A DNA stretch of 64,000 nucleotides, from the NCBI GenBank assembly GCA_964583795.1, contig CAZOWX010000003.1:23978-87977 (forward strand), read 5' to 3'. Positions 27,901 to 36,549 of this stretch are shown in pieces (the stretch's first letter is position 1; every line of letters starts with the position of its first letter). The DNA is from an uncultured Pseudomonadales bacterium. GTDB taxonomy: Bacteria > Patescibacteriota > Microgenomatia > UBA1400 > PJMF01. Under the pieces are notes generated by a model that ran no database searches, was not told the origin of the DNA, and saw nothing but the letters and a program-made list of their open reading frames with translations. The position numbers and the translations under genes were made by a program.

Positions 27901-28331
27901 CGTCATCCCGGCGAAGGCCGGGATCCATTTTTTTGTGTGACTCACTGAGTTGTTTTGCTCTTGCAGATGTCATTTTCATGTCACAATTTTGTAGTTTAAT
28001 CGCAATATGGACAAGAAAGGATATGTCTATATCTTGGCGTCAAAACCGTATGGAACCTTGTACATTGGGGTTACTTCGGATTTGATAGGGCGAGTGTGGG
28101 ATCATAAGCACAATATCATAAAGGGGTTTACACAAAAATATAACGTCCATATGCTTGTGTGGTATCAAGAGTCTGAACTAATAACTGATGCGATTTACAA
28201 GGAAAAGCAACTAAAAGAATGGCATAGAAATTGGAAAATACGACTCATTAAAGAAACAAATCCTTGTTGGAAAGATTTGTATGAAAAAATTATTGAATAG
28301 TACGTGGATCCCGGCCTTCGCCGGGATGACG
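27901..28331 (+). mobile_element. Candidate small mobile element: GIY-YIG nuclease gene flanked by perfect 27-bp terminal inverted repeats that are themselves hairpins
   Basis: Left TIR CGTCATCCCGGCGAAGGCCGGGATCCA (27901-27927) is the exact reverse complement of TGGATCCCGGCCTTCGCCGGGATGACG (28305-28331). The TIRs belong to the hairpin repeat family scattered through the window. Confidence 0.55.
28007..28300 (+). CDS. GIY-YIG nuclease-superfamily protein (YhbQ/UPF0213-like)
   Basis: GYVYIL...GTLYIGVTSDLIGRVWDHKHN...KYN...KEKQLKEW matches the standalone GIY-YIG (YhbQ) pattern. Confidence 0.85.
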   Translation: MDKKGYVYILASKPYGTLYIGVTSDLIGRVWDHKHNIIKGFTQKYNVHMLVWYQESELITDAIYKEKQLKEWHRNWKIRLIKETNPCWKDLYEKIIE

Positions 28332-28443
28332 AAGGTCACTGTGTCAAAAGAATTTATAGATCGCAATGTGATTTTCTTGTCCAAAGCGCAATCAAATTTC
28401 TACGCAACTAGTCAACCCCCCAACGAACTCCTATACTGAAACC

Positions 28444-29103
28444 ATGTCGCATTTTTCTCTGAATTTGCTGAAGTTTGCGGTGTTCTTTCTCCTACTCAAT
28501 GGTGGAGGAATGTGGTTTGTGTTGTATCGTGATCACCAGACAATACAGCGGTTGCAACAGCTCGATAATGCTCCTGCAGTCAAAGTAGAGCCAACTCCAA
28601 CGCCGCGTTCATTCCCGAGCATCGAGTCGCGACTCGATGTGCTGGAAAGTTCTCAAGAAGCGATACAGTCAAGAGTGAATGATCTTGAAGATTCGCAATC
28701 GAAAAGCAAATCAACAAAAACATATACTCAAAGCACGAGCTCAAAAAGCCCCAAAGAGTACACCCTGTATCTCGGTGAAGGCTCTACAGTGAGTCGCGAG
28801 TGGACTACGGTGCAGTCAACCACAATCTCAATTGATACCAGTAAGTACAAGGGCATTACTGCAGTGTACTTCGAGTCAGGTTTGTCGATTATTGGCGGAG
28901 AGGCATATGCACAACTGATTGACGCAGAGTCAGGAGCAATACTCACCAGTCGTGCTTTAGTGAGTAACACACCAAATCCGGTTTGGAAATCGATTCAGAT
29001 TAATTTGGAGTCAGGGAATCACATGTATGTGGTGCAGTTACGTTCATCGAGTGGGGAGCTAGCAACGCTCAGTGGGGCGAGGATACGGATTATGGCTGAG
29101 TGA
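28444..29103 (+). CDS. hypothetical membrane-anchored protein
   Basis: 219 aa with an N-terminal TM helix. Confidence 0.5.
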   Translation: MSHFSLNLLKFAVFFLLLNGGGMWFVLYRDHQTIQRLQQLDNAPAVKVEPTPTPRSFPSIESRLDVLESSQEAIQSRVNDLEDSQSKSKSTKTYTQSTSSKSPKEYTLYLGEGSTVSREWTTVQSTTISIDTSKYKGITAVYFESGLSIIGGEAYAQLIDAESGAILTSRALVSNTPNPVWKSIQINLESGNHMYVVQLRSSSGELATLSGARIRIMAE

Positions 29104-29119
29104 TTCTAGGGGTTAGGAA

Positions 29120-29182
29120 GTTAACAGTGGACAGTGGAACAGTTAATAGTTAGGTTGCAAGATGCAAGCTTCAAGTTGCAAG
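29120..29182 (+). repeat. GTTAAYAGTGGACAGT...TGCAAG-rich repeat family
   Basis: Related copies at 15949, 40519 and 55088 (+) and at 16313 and 58055 (-). Confidence 0.5.
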
Positions 29183-29316
29183 TAAACACCCTTCATACCC
29201 AGGAGTAATTCTGGGGATCAAAAGTACTTGTATTGTATCAAAAGCGAGAAAAATCGCCACCCTTGACTGAACTGATACACTCTTCAAATCAGCTCAGTCA
29301 GATCGTGAATTCCTGG

Positions 29317-29331
29317 TCCCGCACTGCGGGA
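29317..29331. repeat. 15-bp palindrome TCCCGCACTGCGGGA
   Basis: One of six copies. The others are at 585, 4538, 12664, 29539 and 47881. This copy lies in a ~75-bp unit duplicated at 29490-29560. Confidence 0.6.
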
Positions 29332-29398
29332 TGAGGAGCATGGCGATACGGGATAAGTCTTCAGTAGTCAGAAAACTTTCTTTATCCCAACCCCGTTT

Positions 29399-29434
29399 GT
29401 CATCCCGAATTCGATTCGGGATCTAAAGTCAGAG
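29399..29434 (+). repeat. Hairpin MITE-like repeat, core copy (GTCATCCCGAATTCGATTCGGGATCTAAAGTCAGAG)
   Basis: Near-identical to 13524 and 55257. Forms an inverted pair with 29667-29704. Confidence 0.65.
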
Positions 29435-29666
29435 CTCTTCATCGAAGCGGGGAAAAACGATCCTTCTAGATATTGAAAAGGTTTTTCAAAAGTGAGAAAA
29501 ATCGCCACCCTTGACTGAACTGATACACTAATTTCTGGTCCCGCACTGCGGGATGAGGAGCCAGAATTCGCAAGATCAATACTGTTGTTTCAGGATCTGG
29601 CATGGGAAGCCCTTGTCGGAAGCCAAAAAAGAAACCTCTCTGCTTCAGTTCTCAATAAGAGTAGAT

Positions 29667-29704
29667 CTCTGACTTTAGATCCCGATTTTCATCGGGATGA
29701 CGAC
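29667..29704 (-). repeat. Hairpin MITE-like repeat, inverted orientation (CTCTGACTTTAGATCCCGATTTTCATCGGGATGACGAC)
   Basis: Shares the extended flank CTCAATAAGAGTA with the copy at 55436. Confidence 0.55.
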
Positions 29705-29792
29705 TTTTTATTTTTCTTGCTTTCGAGTAAGGATTTTTTATTCAACAACACACCAATCCAACCACATAACAACTTTTCGAAAGCAAAAAAAA

Positions 29793-29839
29793 CGTCATCC
29801 TTGATTTTGCATGTTGAACTTTAAATCAAGGATGACGAG
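29793..29839. repeat. Palindromic hairpin repeat (CGTCATCCTTGATTT - 14 nt - AAATCAAGGATGACG)
   Basis: 15-bp inverted arms carrying the family termini. A related fragment AATCAAGGATGGCGA lies at 29943. Confidence 0.55.
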
Positions 29840-29998
29840 TCTAACTATCAACAACTCAACTACCCAACTACCCAACTACTTAACAACGTTTCTATAGCGA
29901 AAAAATCGCCACCCCTGATAACGAAAGTGTCAATTCAAATCAAGGATGGCGAATGTAACTATCCAACTAAGCAACCAAGCAACTGACTAACTACTGAA

Positions 29999-30667
29999 TT
30001 ATTGCCCCGCTGACTTTTTCATCATCTCTTCAAATTGCTGTTTTTCTTCTGCACTCATTCCCTCTTGTGCACTTTCTGCTGCATTTTTCATCATGACACT
30101 AAAATCAGCAAACTTGACGTTAGCTGGTGGTACAAACTCACTGTCACTAACGATTGTCGGATTACAATCTAGTTTCATGCCTTCATTTTCCAGTTTTTCG
30201 ATTTCTTCTTCACTGGAGAAATCAGGAGTCTGAGGGGCATTTTTGATCGCGTCCTTTGCTTGATCTGCAGATTTCTTCTGCTCTTCTTCAGATGGGATGG
30301 CCATTTTGAAGCCTTCATTTTTGGTAGAGTCCCAAGTGTACAGGAAAGACTCGTCTACGATCATCTCACCGGTGGTCGCTTTCTGATCATTACTTGTAAC
30401 GATCCCTGACATGTGCATTTTTTTACCTTTGGCAACATACTGCGAGGTAGTGTTGGTTTTAGTGTCGGTCATAGTGCATTTCAGTCCACCACCAACTTTC
30501 AGTGCATCAGTCCAACTTTTGAACTTATTTGTGTCTGAATTTTGTGCTGCAGTAGTTGGTGTTTGATCTTGAGTGGGAGTCGTGGTGGTAGTAGTTGATT
30601 TGGAAGTACAGCCAGCTAACACTACTGAGCCGACAAAAACGCTGGTAATGAGCGCGTATTTTTTCAT
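29999..30667 (-). CDS. Lipoprotein (hypothetical)
   Basis: Lipobox LAGC after the signal peptide MKKYALITSVFVGSVVLAGC. T/Q-rich linker. The ORF start was trimmed to MKKYA. Confidence 0.6.
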   Translation of the reverse strand: MKKYALITSVFVGSVVLAGCTSKSTTTTTTPTQDQTPTTAAQNSDTNKFKSWTDALKVGGGLKCTMTDTKTNTTSQYVAKGKKMHMSGIVTSNDQKATTGEMIVDESFLYTWDSTKNEGFKMAIPSEEEQKKSADQAKDAIKNAPQTPDFSSEEEIEKLENEGMKLDCNPTIVSDSEFVPPANVKFADFSVMMKNAAESAQEGMSAEEKQQFEEMMKKSAGQ

Positions 30668-30726
30668 AAATGACCCTTCAAAAATAATTGTTATTATTAG
30701 ACTTGTCAAATTATAGCAGATCAAAG

Positions 30727-30897
30727 TTAAGGCCTCTTCCTGTAATTAAGTGATCAAAATCCCTCTGGATTTTTAGATGAAATTCTAGGCATTAAGCAAC
30801 ATTAGTACTAGATGTACTTGGGTTGATTAAAACGCACGAATTTCACTAAAAAGACAGGTCAGTTGGCGTCAGCTAATTACAGGAAGAGGCCTAAGTG
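30727..30897. repeat. 22-bp imperfect inverted repeat pair (TTAAGGCCTCTTCCTGTAATTA / CTAATTACAGGAAGAGGCCTAA) about 120 bp apart
   Basis: Direct reading. One mismatch. MITE-like or a long bidirectional stem. Confidence 0.4.
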
Positions 30898-30914
30898 AAA
30901 GTGTTGGAAGAATT

Positions 30915-31655
30915 TTACAACACAAACTTCTCAATGACATCCGCTAAACCATCTTCTTCAACGCTTGGAGCGATGTAGTCGGCAATCGCTTTGAGCTCGT
31001 CAACAGCGTTGCCCATAGCAACTTTTAATCCACAAGCCATAAGTAGGGGAATATCATTATGACCATCACCGACTCCAATAATCTCTGAAGGATGAATGTG
31101 AAGCAGTTTAGCAATTTGAAGCACCCCGTGCTCTTTGGTAGCTTGGTTATGAATAGCCCCGACATCAACTTTCCCCAATGAATGAGATTGTAACTTATGA
31201 ATGATGACTTGTGGGATATGTGCAATTTGTTTTATTAGAATATCTGCAAGCATCTCGTCAATTCCTTTTACAACAATTCCAAGTGGGTTCTGAGGAACGT
31301 ATTGGTTACCTAATATCCCATCTTGGTTTCCTTCATTGATAATTACTTGAAAAGAGTGTGGTTTAAGAATACTGATGATCTGGTCGTACTGTTCAAGTTC
31401 AAGTGGCTTTTCCCACAGCACTTTTTTTGATTTTGCATTATAAATTTGCGCCCCACCAGAAACGATGGAGAGACCAGAAAACTCAATGTCGTCAAAGATA
31501 TGCTGGACAAAATGAGGTGGACGGGAGGTGGCAATACCAATATGAATTTTATCCTGTGCCGCCATAATCGCTTTGCGCACCCGAGAAGAAGGAAGACCAT
31601 GTGGAGTACTCACGATCAGGGTTCCATCAACATCAGCTAACAAGGCTTTGTACAT
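30915..31655 (-). CDS. Cof-type HAD-IIB hydrolase (sugar phosphatase-like)
   Basis: Motif I DVDGTL, GVGDGHNDIPLL, 246 aa. Confidence 0.85.
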   Translation of the reverse strand: MYKALLADVDGTLIVSTPHGLPSSRVRKAIMAAQDKIHIGIATSRPPHFVQHIFDDIEFSGLSIVSGGAQIYNAKSKKVLWEKPLELEQYDQIISILKPHSFQVIINEGNQDGILGNQYVPQNPLGIVVKGIDEMLADILIKQIAHIPQVIIHKLQSHSLGKVDVGAIHNQATKEHGVLQIAKLLHIHPSEIIGVGDGHNDIPLLMACGLKVAMGNAVDELKAIADYIAPSVEEDGLADVIEKFVL

Positions 31656-31770
31656 AGGTACTTATTGTAACTTCAATAGATGCGAGTAGAAAGAGATATT
31701 TCCTTGTTGATTCGATAATTTCCTATAGACGAGTGGTGTGTTTTCAAGTTAAAGTAGACCAGTTGGTTTT

Positions 31771-32835
31771 ATGATAAAAAGATTTTTCTTCAGATCAATA
31801 TTACTCACTTTATTGCTTGTTGCAGGGGCTATATTTGTTGCAAAGCATTCTGTGGTGGCTGCTCAAGCGAATACCTGCGCTGAAGACATTAACGTTGATT
31901 TCAAAGTCGATTTGCTGGATTACTCGGTCTTAGTGCGCAATTTTCTCAAAATTCATCCCGATAATCCTCGAGCTGATATTGATCAAGATGGCAACGTGGG
32001 TTTGATGGATTATTCACGTTTGGTGGGTGCCTTTTTGCAACCCTGCATTGCCCCATCAAGCACTCCCACGCAAGTACCCAGTGCAACACCAACAACCACG
32101 CAAGCTCCTGTCCCCACCGCAACTCCAAATCGAGTAATTTTGCTTCAAACAGGATTTGAAGACAACAGTTTGGCAATGTTTTCAAAAGAAATTTGCTGCT
32201 CATACTCGGCGCTCATTATTAACTCAATTCCTGCTCACCAAGGGAGTCGGCTGCTACAATTTGATTTGCGCAAAACTGACCCAGTGGTCAACCTTGGTAT
32301 TCGCTCGGAAATGGCTACCAACAAACTACAGTACAACACCGATTATTGGTATCGATTTAGTATGTTTATCCCTGCCAATTGGCAGTACGACAAAAGTAAA
32401 GAAATCGTGGCACAATGGCACAGTGAGCCGGATTTTAACTTGGGTGAAACTTGGCGCAATCCACCGTTTTCACTACGCATTTTTGGCGACAACCTGGAAG
32501 TTCGTACTATCTGGGATAGCCATCCACTAACGCAACCAAATGTCTACCAGGGTGATCAGTACATCAATCTCGGCCCGTATGCAAAAGGAGTGTGGACCGA
32601 GTATTTACTACATTCGCGCTGGTCGTACACGAATGACCAGTCTGGGTATTTGGAGTTATTCAAAAATGGTCAATCCATCTATACCAAGGTAGGTCCCAAC
32701 GCGTTTAACGATGTCAAGGGACCGTACTTCAAGTTTGGAATCTATAAATTTGACTGGAAAGACAACCAGCAAAATAGCTCTACATCACAGCGAACACTAT
32801 ATTTTGATGATATCTCGATTGAGCAGGGACCATAA
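31771..32835 (+). CDS. Secreted protein with an N-terminal dockerin-like repeat pair and a C-terminal PL7/alginate-lyase-2-like beta-jelly-roll domain
   Basis: Signal peptide. Two Ca-binding-type repeats, DINVDFKVDLLDYSVLV and DIDQDGNVGLMDYSRLV. T/P-rich linker. C-terminal YFKFGIYKFDW resembles the conserved YFKAGVY of PL7 lyases. Confidence 0.5.
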   Translation: MIKRFFFRSILLTLLLVAGAIFVAKHSVVAAQANTCAEDINVDFKVDLLDYSVLVRNFLKIHPDNPRADIDQDGNVGLMDYSRLVGAFLQPCIAPSSTPTQVPSATPTTTQAPVPTATPNRVILLQTGFEDNSLAMFSKEICCSYSALIINSIPAHQGSRLLQFDLRKTDPVVNLGIRSEMATNKLQYNTDYWYRFSMFIPANWQYDKSKEIVAQWHSEPDFNLGETWRNPPFSLRIFGDNLEVRTIWDSHPLTQPNVYQGDQYINLGPYAKGVWTEYLLHSRWSYTNDQSGYLELFKNGQSIYTKVGPNAFNDVKGPYFKFGIYKFDWKDNQQNSSTSQRTLYFDDISIEQGP

Positions 32836-33024
32836 CAGTGTGACAAATGTGTGGCTTGGTTCTGCCTAGTCGAGCTGCGCTCATCTGGAAGACGGTGGTG
32901 GATAGTATTAAAAGTCAAACTGTGCTACAATATTGTTCTTCGGTTTGAAGTCCTGCATAGCACGACAATGTCATTCTCTCCGTGAGTTGTTAATTTTTGA
33001 CCTTTTTTAGGTCTAGGAAGTCAT

Positions 33025-34215
33025 ATGTCATACCCTAATAGAGGGCGATCTGGTTCATTTCAGTCTCGGCGTCGTCCCCCCATGCAGCGATCTCGGTTTC
33101 CAATTGTGTCTCAGGTCCGTCCAGAGCAGTACGTGAACAAACGAGTCGTTGAAGAAGTTATTACTGAGTATCAACCGCAGCATCGGTTTACTGATTTTGG
33201 TTTAGCTGCTGAAATTATCAGAAACGTCACTGAGCATGGATACACACAGCCTACCGCCATTCAGGATCAAGCTATTTTGCCACTAATGGCTGGGCGCGAT
33301 GTTGTCGGAATTGCCAACACTGGAACCGGTAAAACAGCCGCATTTTTACTGCCACTGATTCATAAAATCATGAACAACTCGCATCAAGGAGTGTTAATTT
33401 TGGCCCCAACGCGTGAGTTAGCACTGCAAATTCATGATGAGTTCTTGGCCTTCAGTAAAGGGCTTCGGATGGGTGTTTGTCTGTGTATTGGGGGTGCTAA
33501 CTTGGAAAAACAGGTGACGCGGCTTCGGTCAAATCCTCATTTTGTGATTGGGACGCCAGGGCGAATTACTGATTTGATCAATCGTGGAGCATTTGATACC
33601 AGAATGTTTACCAACATTGTTTTGGATGAGGTTGACCGGATGTTGGATATTGGTTTTGTTAAAGACATTCAGTTTTTGATTTCCAAATTGCCAAATGAGC
33701 GACAAAGTGCTTTTTTTAGTGCCACGATGAATAAAACTGCCCAGTCGATCATGGAGGCATTACTGCGTGATCCTGTTCAGGTGACAGTCAAGAGTCAGCA
33801 GACGAGTCACGCCATCCATCAAGATGTGATCAGAATTGCTCCCGGTGGGAGTAAGATCGAGGTGCTGCATCAGCTGCTCAAGAAACCGGAATTTTCCAGA
33901 GTGATTGTGTTTGGCCGGACCAAGCATGGTATTAATAAGCTGGAGTCGGTATTGATTGCCCGGGGTATCAAAGTATCAGCAATTCATGGGAATAAAACTC
34001 AAGGCGCGCGTCAGCGATCACTGCTGCAAATTAAACAAGGGCAGGTACAAGTGTTACTCGCTACAGACGTGGCAGCCCGTGGTATTGATATCGATGATGT
34101 GTCGCATGTGATTAACTTTGATGAACCGCTAACCTTTGAGGACTATACTCACCGCATTGGTCGTACTGGTCGAGCAGGGAAGCGAGGCAAAGCGATTACC
34201 TTTTTAGCACGATAA
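33025..34215 (+). CDS. DEAD-box ATP-dependent RNA helicase
   Basis: Q motif, GTGKTAAF, DEVD, SAT and HRIGRTGRAG, with an R-rich N-terminal extension. Confidence 0.9.
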   Translation: MSYPNRGRSGSFQSRRRPPMQRSRFPIVSQVRPEQYVNKRVVEEVITEYQPQHRFTDFGLAAEIIRNVTEHGYTQPTAIQDQAILPLMAGRDVVGIANTGTGKTAAFLLPLIHKIMNNSHQGVLILAPTRELALQIHDEFLAFSKGLRMGVCLCIGGANLEKQVTRLRSNPHFVIGTPGRITDLINRGAFDTRMFTNIVLDEVDRMLDIGFVKDIQFLISKLPNERQSAFFSATMNKTAQSIMEALLRDPVQVTVKSQQTSHAIHQDVIRIAPGGSKIEVLHQLLKKPEFSRVIVFGRTKHGINKLESVLIARGIKVSAIHGNKTQGARQRSLLQIKQGQVQVLLATDVAARGIDIDDVSHVINFDEPLTFEDYTHRIGRTGRAGKRGKAITFLAR

Positions 34216-34272
34216 ATCAAACAGAAAAAATTACCCATTTTCTAACTTTCATCTCGATGAAATGAACGTATA

Positions 34273-35469
34273 ATGGTGAGTCTTATGTTGAAAAAAAATA
34301 AGAACTTATTGATTATTGCCCTCATCGCCATGGTCAACATGTTGGGGTATGGCATTATTATTCCCATTTTGTATGCCTATTCAAAAAAGTTTGGTTTAAG
34401 TGATTTTCAAAACGGACTGCTGTTTGCTGCGTACAGTGTGTGTCAATTTATCTCAACACCAATCATTGGTCGATTGTCTGACAAGTATGGTCGCCGGCCA
34501 ATGTTACTAATCTCCATTATTGGTACAGCAGCCTCTTTTTTCATCATGGCTTTTGCGCCAAGCGCTCTGTTTTTGTTTTTAGCAAGGATGTTGGATGGGA
34601 TTACTGCTGGAAATATCCCGGTCGCGTTTGCTGTGCTTTCTGACACCACCAAGCCAGAAGATCGTCCCAAGGCGTTTGGGTTAATTGGCGCTGCCTTTAA
34701 TTTTGGCTTTGTGTTTGGTCCTGCTGTGAGTGCGTTTACGGTGGGATTTGGTACAGCCGTGCCTTTTTTAATTGCTGGAGTGGTTACGATGGTGGCGGTC
34801 GTATTAACCGCATTATTTTTGCCAGAAACAAATACGCATATGGGAGAGGTACAGAAAGGGAAATTATTTGATCTGCCACTTTTGTTCAAAACTTTGTTTG
34901 ATCCCAATGTGGGTGCGACCTTTTTGATCTCGCTGGTGTTCTTTTTGGCTTTTGCGTGTTCACTGATTTACGGCTTCCAACCGTTTACGATGAATATTTT
35001 ACATGTGAATGAGTCTCTCAACGCGGTCTTGTTTACCATTTTCGGGGTTATTGGTTTGATTTCACAGACTTTCTTAGTGAGTAAAATTACGAAAGTGCTG
35101 GGGATGAGAAAAGCCTTTCAGGTCTCAATTTTGTTTACAGCGATCTCATTTGTGATGATGTATTTTTCTGTTTCGCTCCCGTTGTTTATTGCAGCAATGT
35201 TGGTGTTGGGGGTGTTCAATAGTGTTGCTCAAACACTGATTCCAACCATACTGTCACAAGAGGCGGATGCTAAATCTCAGGGATCGATACAGGGACTCAA
35301 TGCTTCATATCAAAGTATTGGGATGATTTTTGGTCCGATTTTGGGTGGAGTAGTGGCCACGGTTTCCATTGCGTTTCCGTTTTTGGTTGGCGCGGTTTTG
35401 ATCCTGGTTTGTTTTGGGTTGTCGTTCAAAGTGTTGCGACCGGGCGTACATAAAGAGAGTGCGTTCTAG
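34273..35469 (+). CDS. MFS transporter
   Basis: 12 TM helices. The GRLSDKYGRRP motif lies between TM2 and TM3. Confidence 0.85.
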   Translation: MVSLMLKKNKNLLIIALIAMVNMLGYGIIIPILYAYSKKFGLSDFQNGLLFAAYSVCQFISTPIIGRLSDKYGRRPMLLISIIGTAASFFIMAFAPSALFLFLARMLDGITAGNIPVAFAVLSDTTKPEDRPKAFGLIGAAFNFGFVFGPAVSAFTVGFGTAVPFLIAGVVTMVAVVLTALFLPETNTHMGEVQKGKLFDLPLLFKTLFDPNVGATFLISLVFFLAFACSLIYGFQPFTMNILHVNESLNAVLFTIFGVIGLISQTFLVSKITKVLGMRKAFQVSILFTAISFVMMYFSVSLPLFIAAMLVLGVFNSVAQTLIPTILSQEADAKSQGSIQGLNASYQSIGMIFGPILGGVVATVSIAFPFLVGAVLILVCFGLSFKVLRPGVHKESAF

Positions 35470-35471
35470 CT

Positions 35472-36008
35472 CTAGAATGTGACCCTAACTATCCCAAGTA
35501 ATGCTGCACGTCTATTTTGTGGATTATTGAAGGTATATGTACAGTTTTCACTGAGTGACAATTGGTTGAGATCATATACGGCAAATACTCCGTGGTTTGC
35601 TTTAACATCGAGGTTTTGCATATGAGAAATGATAGGTTGCATCTTGTGATCAAGGGGAAATTGTTCCTGATCGCTTCGAGGGAAGTCTCGTAGTGTACAA
35701 CATCGAATTGAGTTTTTGCGTCCACTTGAAGAGACGCACCCAAATTGTTTTACTTCTTCCATTTGTTTATCATGAGCGACAAATGCACAATACCCACATT
35801 GAGGTCCCCAGAGATTGACTTTCTGTAACCCAGCTCTAATAGCTCTGCGCTCTGCAGTGGGATCACCTTTTAACTTTCTTAAGTCAATTTGTATTTTTTG
35901 AATGGCAGGAACGACTACTTCTGGTGTGGGTTTGGTAGTAGTAGCTGTTTTTCCTTGCTCTTTGAGCCAAGCACTAAAATTAAAATGCTTTGGTGGTGGT
36001 TCAATCAT
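35472..36008 (-). CDS. hypothetical Cys-containing protein (WGPQCGYC motif)
   Basis: The ORF reaches 36176, but the plausible start is MIEPPP at 36008. It overlaps and abuts a plus-strand ORF. Confidence 0.35.
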   Translation of the reverse strand: MIEPPPKHFNFSAWLKEQGKTATTTKPTPEVVVPAIQKIQIDLRKLKGDPTAERRAIRAGLQKVNLWGPQCGYCAFVAHDKQMEEVKQFGCVSSSGRKNSIRCCTLRDFPRSDQEQFPLDHKMQPIISHMQNLDVKANHGVFAVYDLNQLSLSENCTYTFNNPQNRRAALLGIVRVTF

Positions 36009-36479
36009 ATGCGTACACACTCGTATCGAGAATTTTTTTGGGAACTTGTAGTTCTCAGTGTTGCTCAAGGTGTGACGCTTTTGAGAGCTGTCGATCGATT
36101 TTTTTATAAGATAAACTATCGCTTTTTGCTGAATAACACCCAATTGAAAGTTGAGTATGGTGGAGTTCATAAGCACTCACTGCAAGTTCCACTCCAACTG
36201 ATTTCATATGTTTATGTTGAATATACTGAAAGAGGGCGAAGAAGCTACCGAATTTTTCCTTCGGTGGTGGTTGAGTTTGTACCGAAACATACGATGATGA
36301 AAGCGGAAAGTATTTCTACTGAAAAATTACGACCAGATAGAAATAGAGTAGAGCTGAAAGGTTTTTCAACTGAGCAAGCGAAACAGATAAAACAAGCGAT
36401 TGTTGATCGAATAGAACGCTACCATAAACATAATACGGTCTATAATCATCGCTTAGATGAGTTGTTGAGTGAGTACTGA
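36009..36479 (+). CDS. hypothetical protein (possible bacterial PH-like)
   Basis: 157 aa from MRTHSYREFFWELVV. It is back-to-back with the minus-strand gene start, so one of the two start assignments is probably wrong. Confidence 0.3.
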   Translation: MRTHSYREFFWELVVLSVAQGVTLLRAVDRFFYKINYRFLLNNTQLKVEYGGVHKHSLQVPLQLISYVYVEYTERGRRSYRIFPSVVVEFVPKHTMMKAESISTEKLRPDRNRVELKGFSTEQAKQIKQAIVDRIERYHKHNTVYNHRLDELLSEY

Positions 36480-36549
36480 AGAAAAAGTAATTTCTAACTC
36501 TGTGAGGATCTATTTGCTTGTTTTGCTAAGTAAATAGTACTGGTGTTAC

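Noticed and set aside
36008-36176. 5' extension of the minus-strand ORF 35472-36176 overlapping the plus ORF 35889-36479.
   Set aside because: The extension (MLMNSTILNFQ...) is low-complexity. Both genes were trimmed to back-to-back starts at 36008 and 36009, and both calls remain low confidence.
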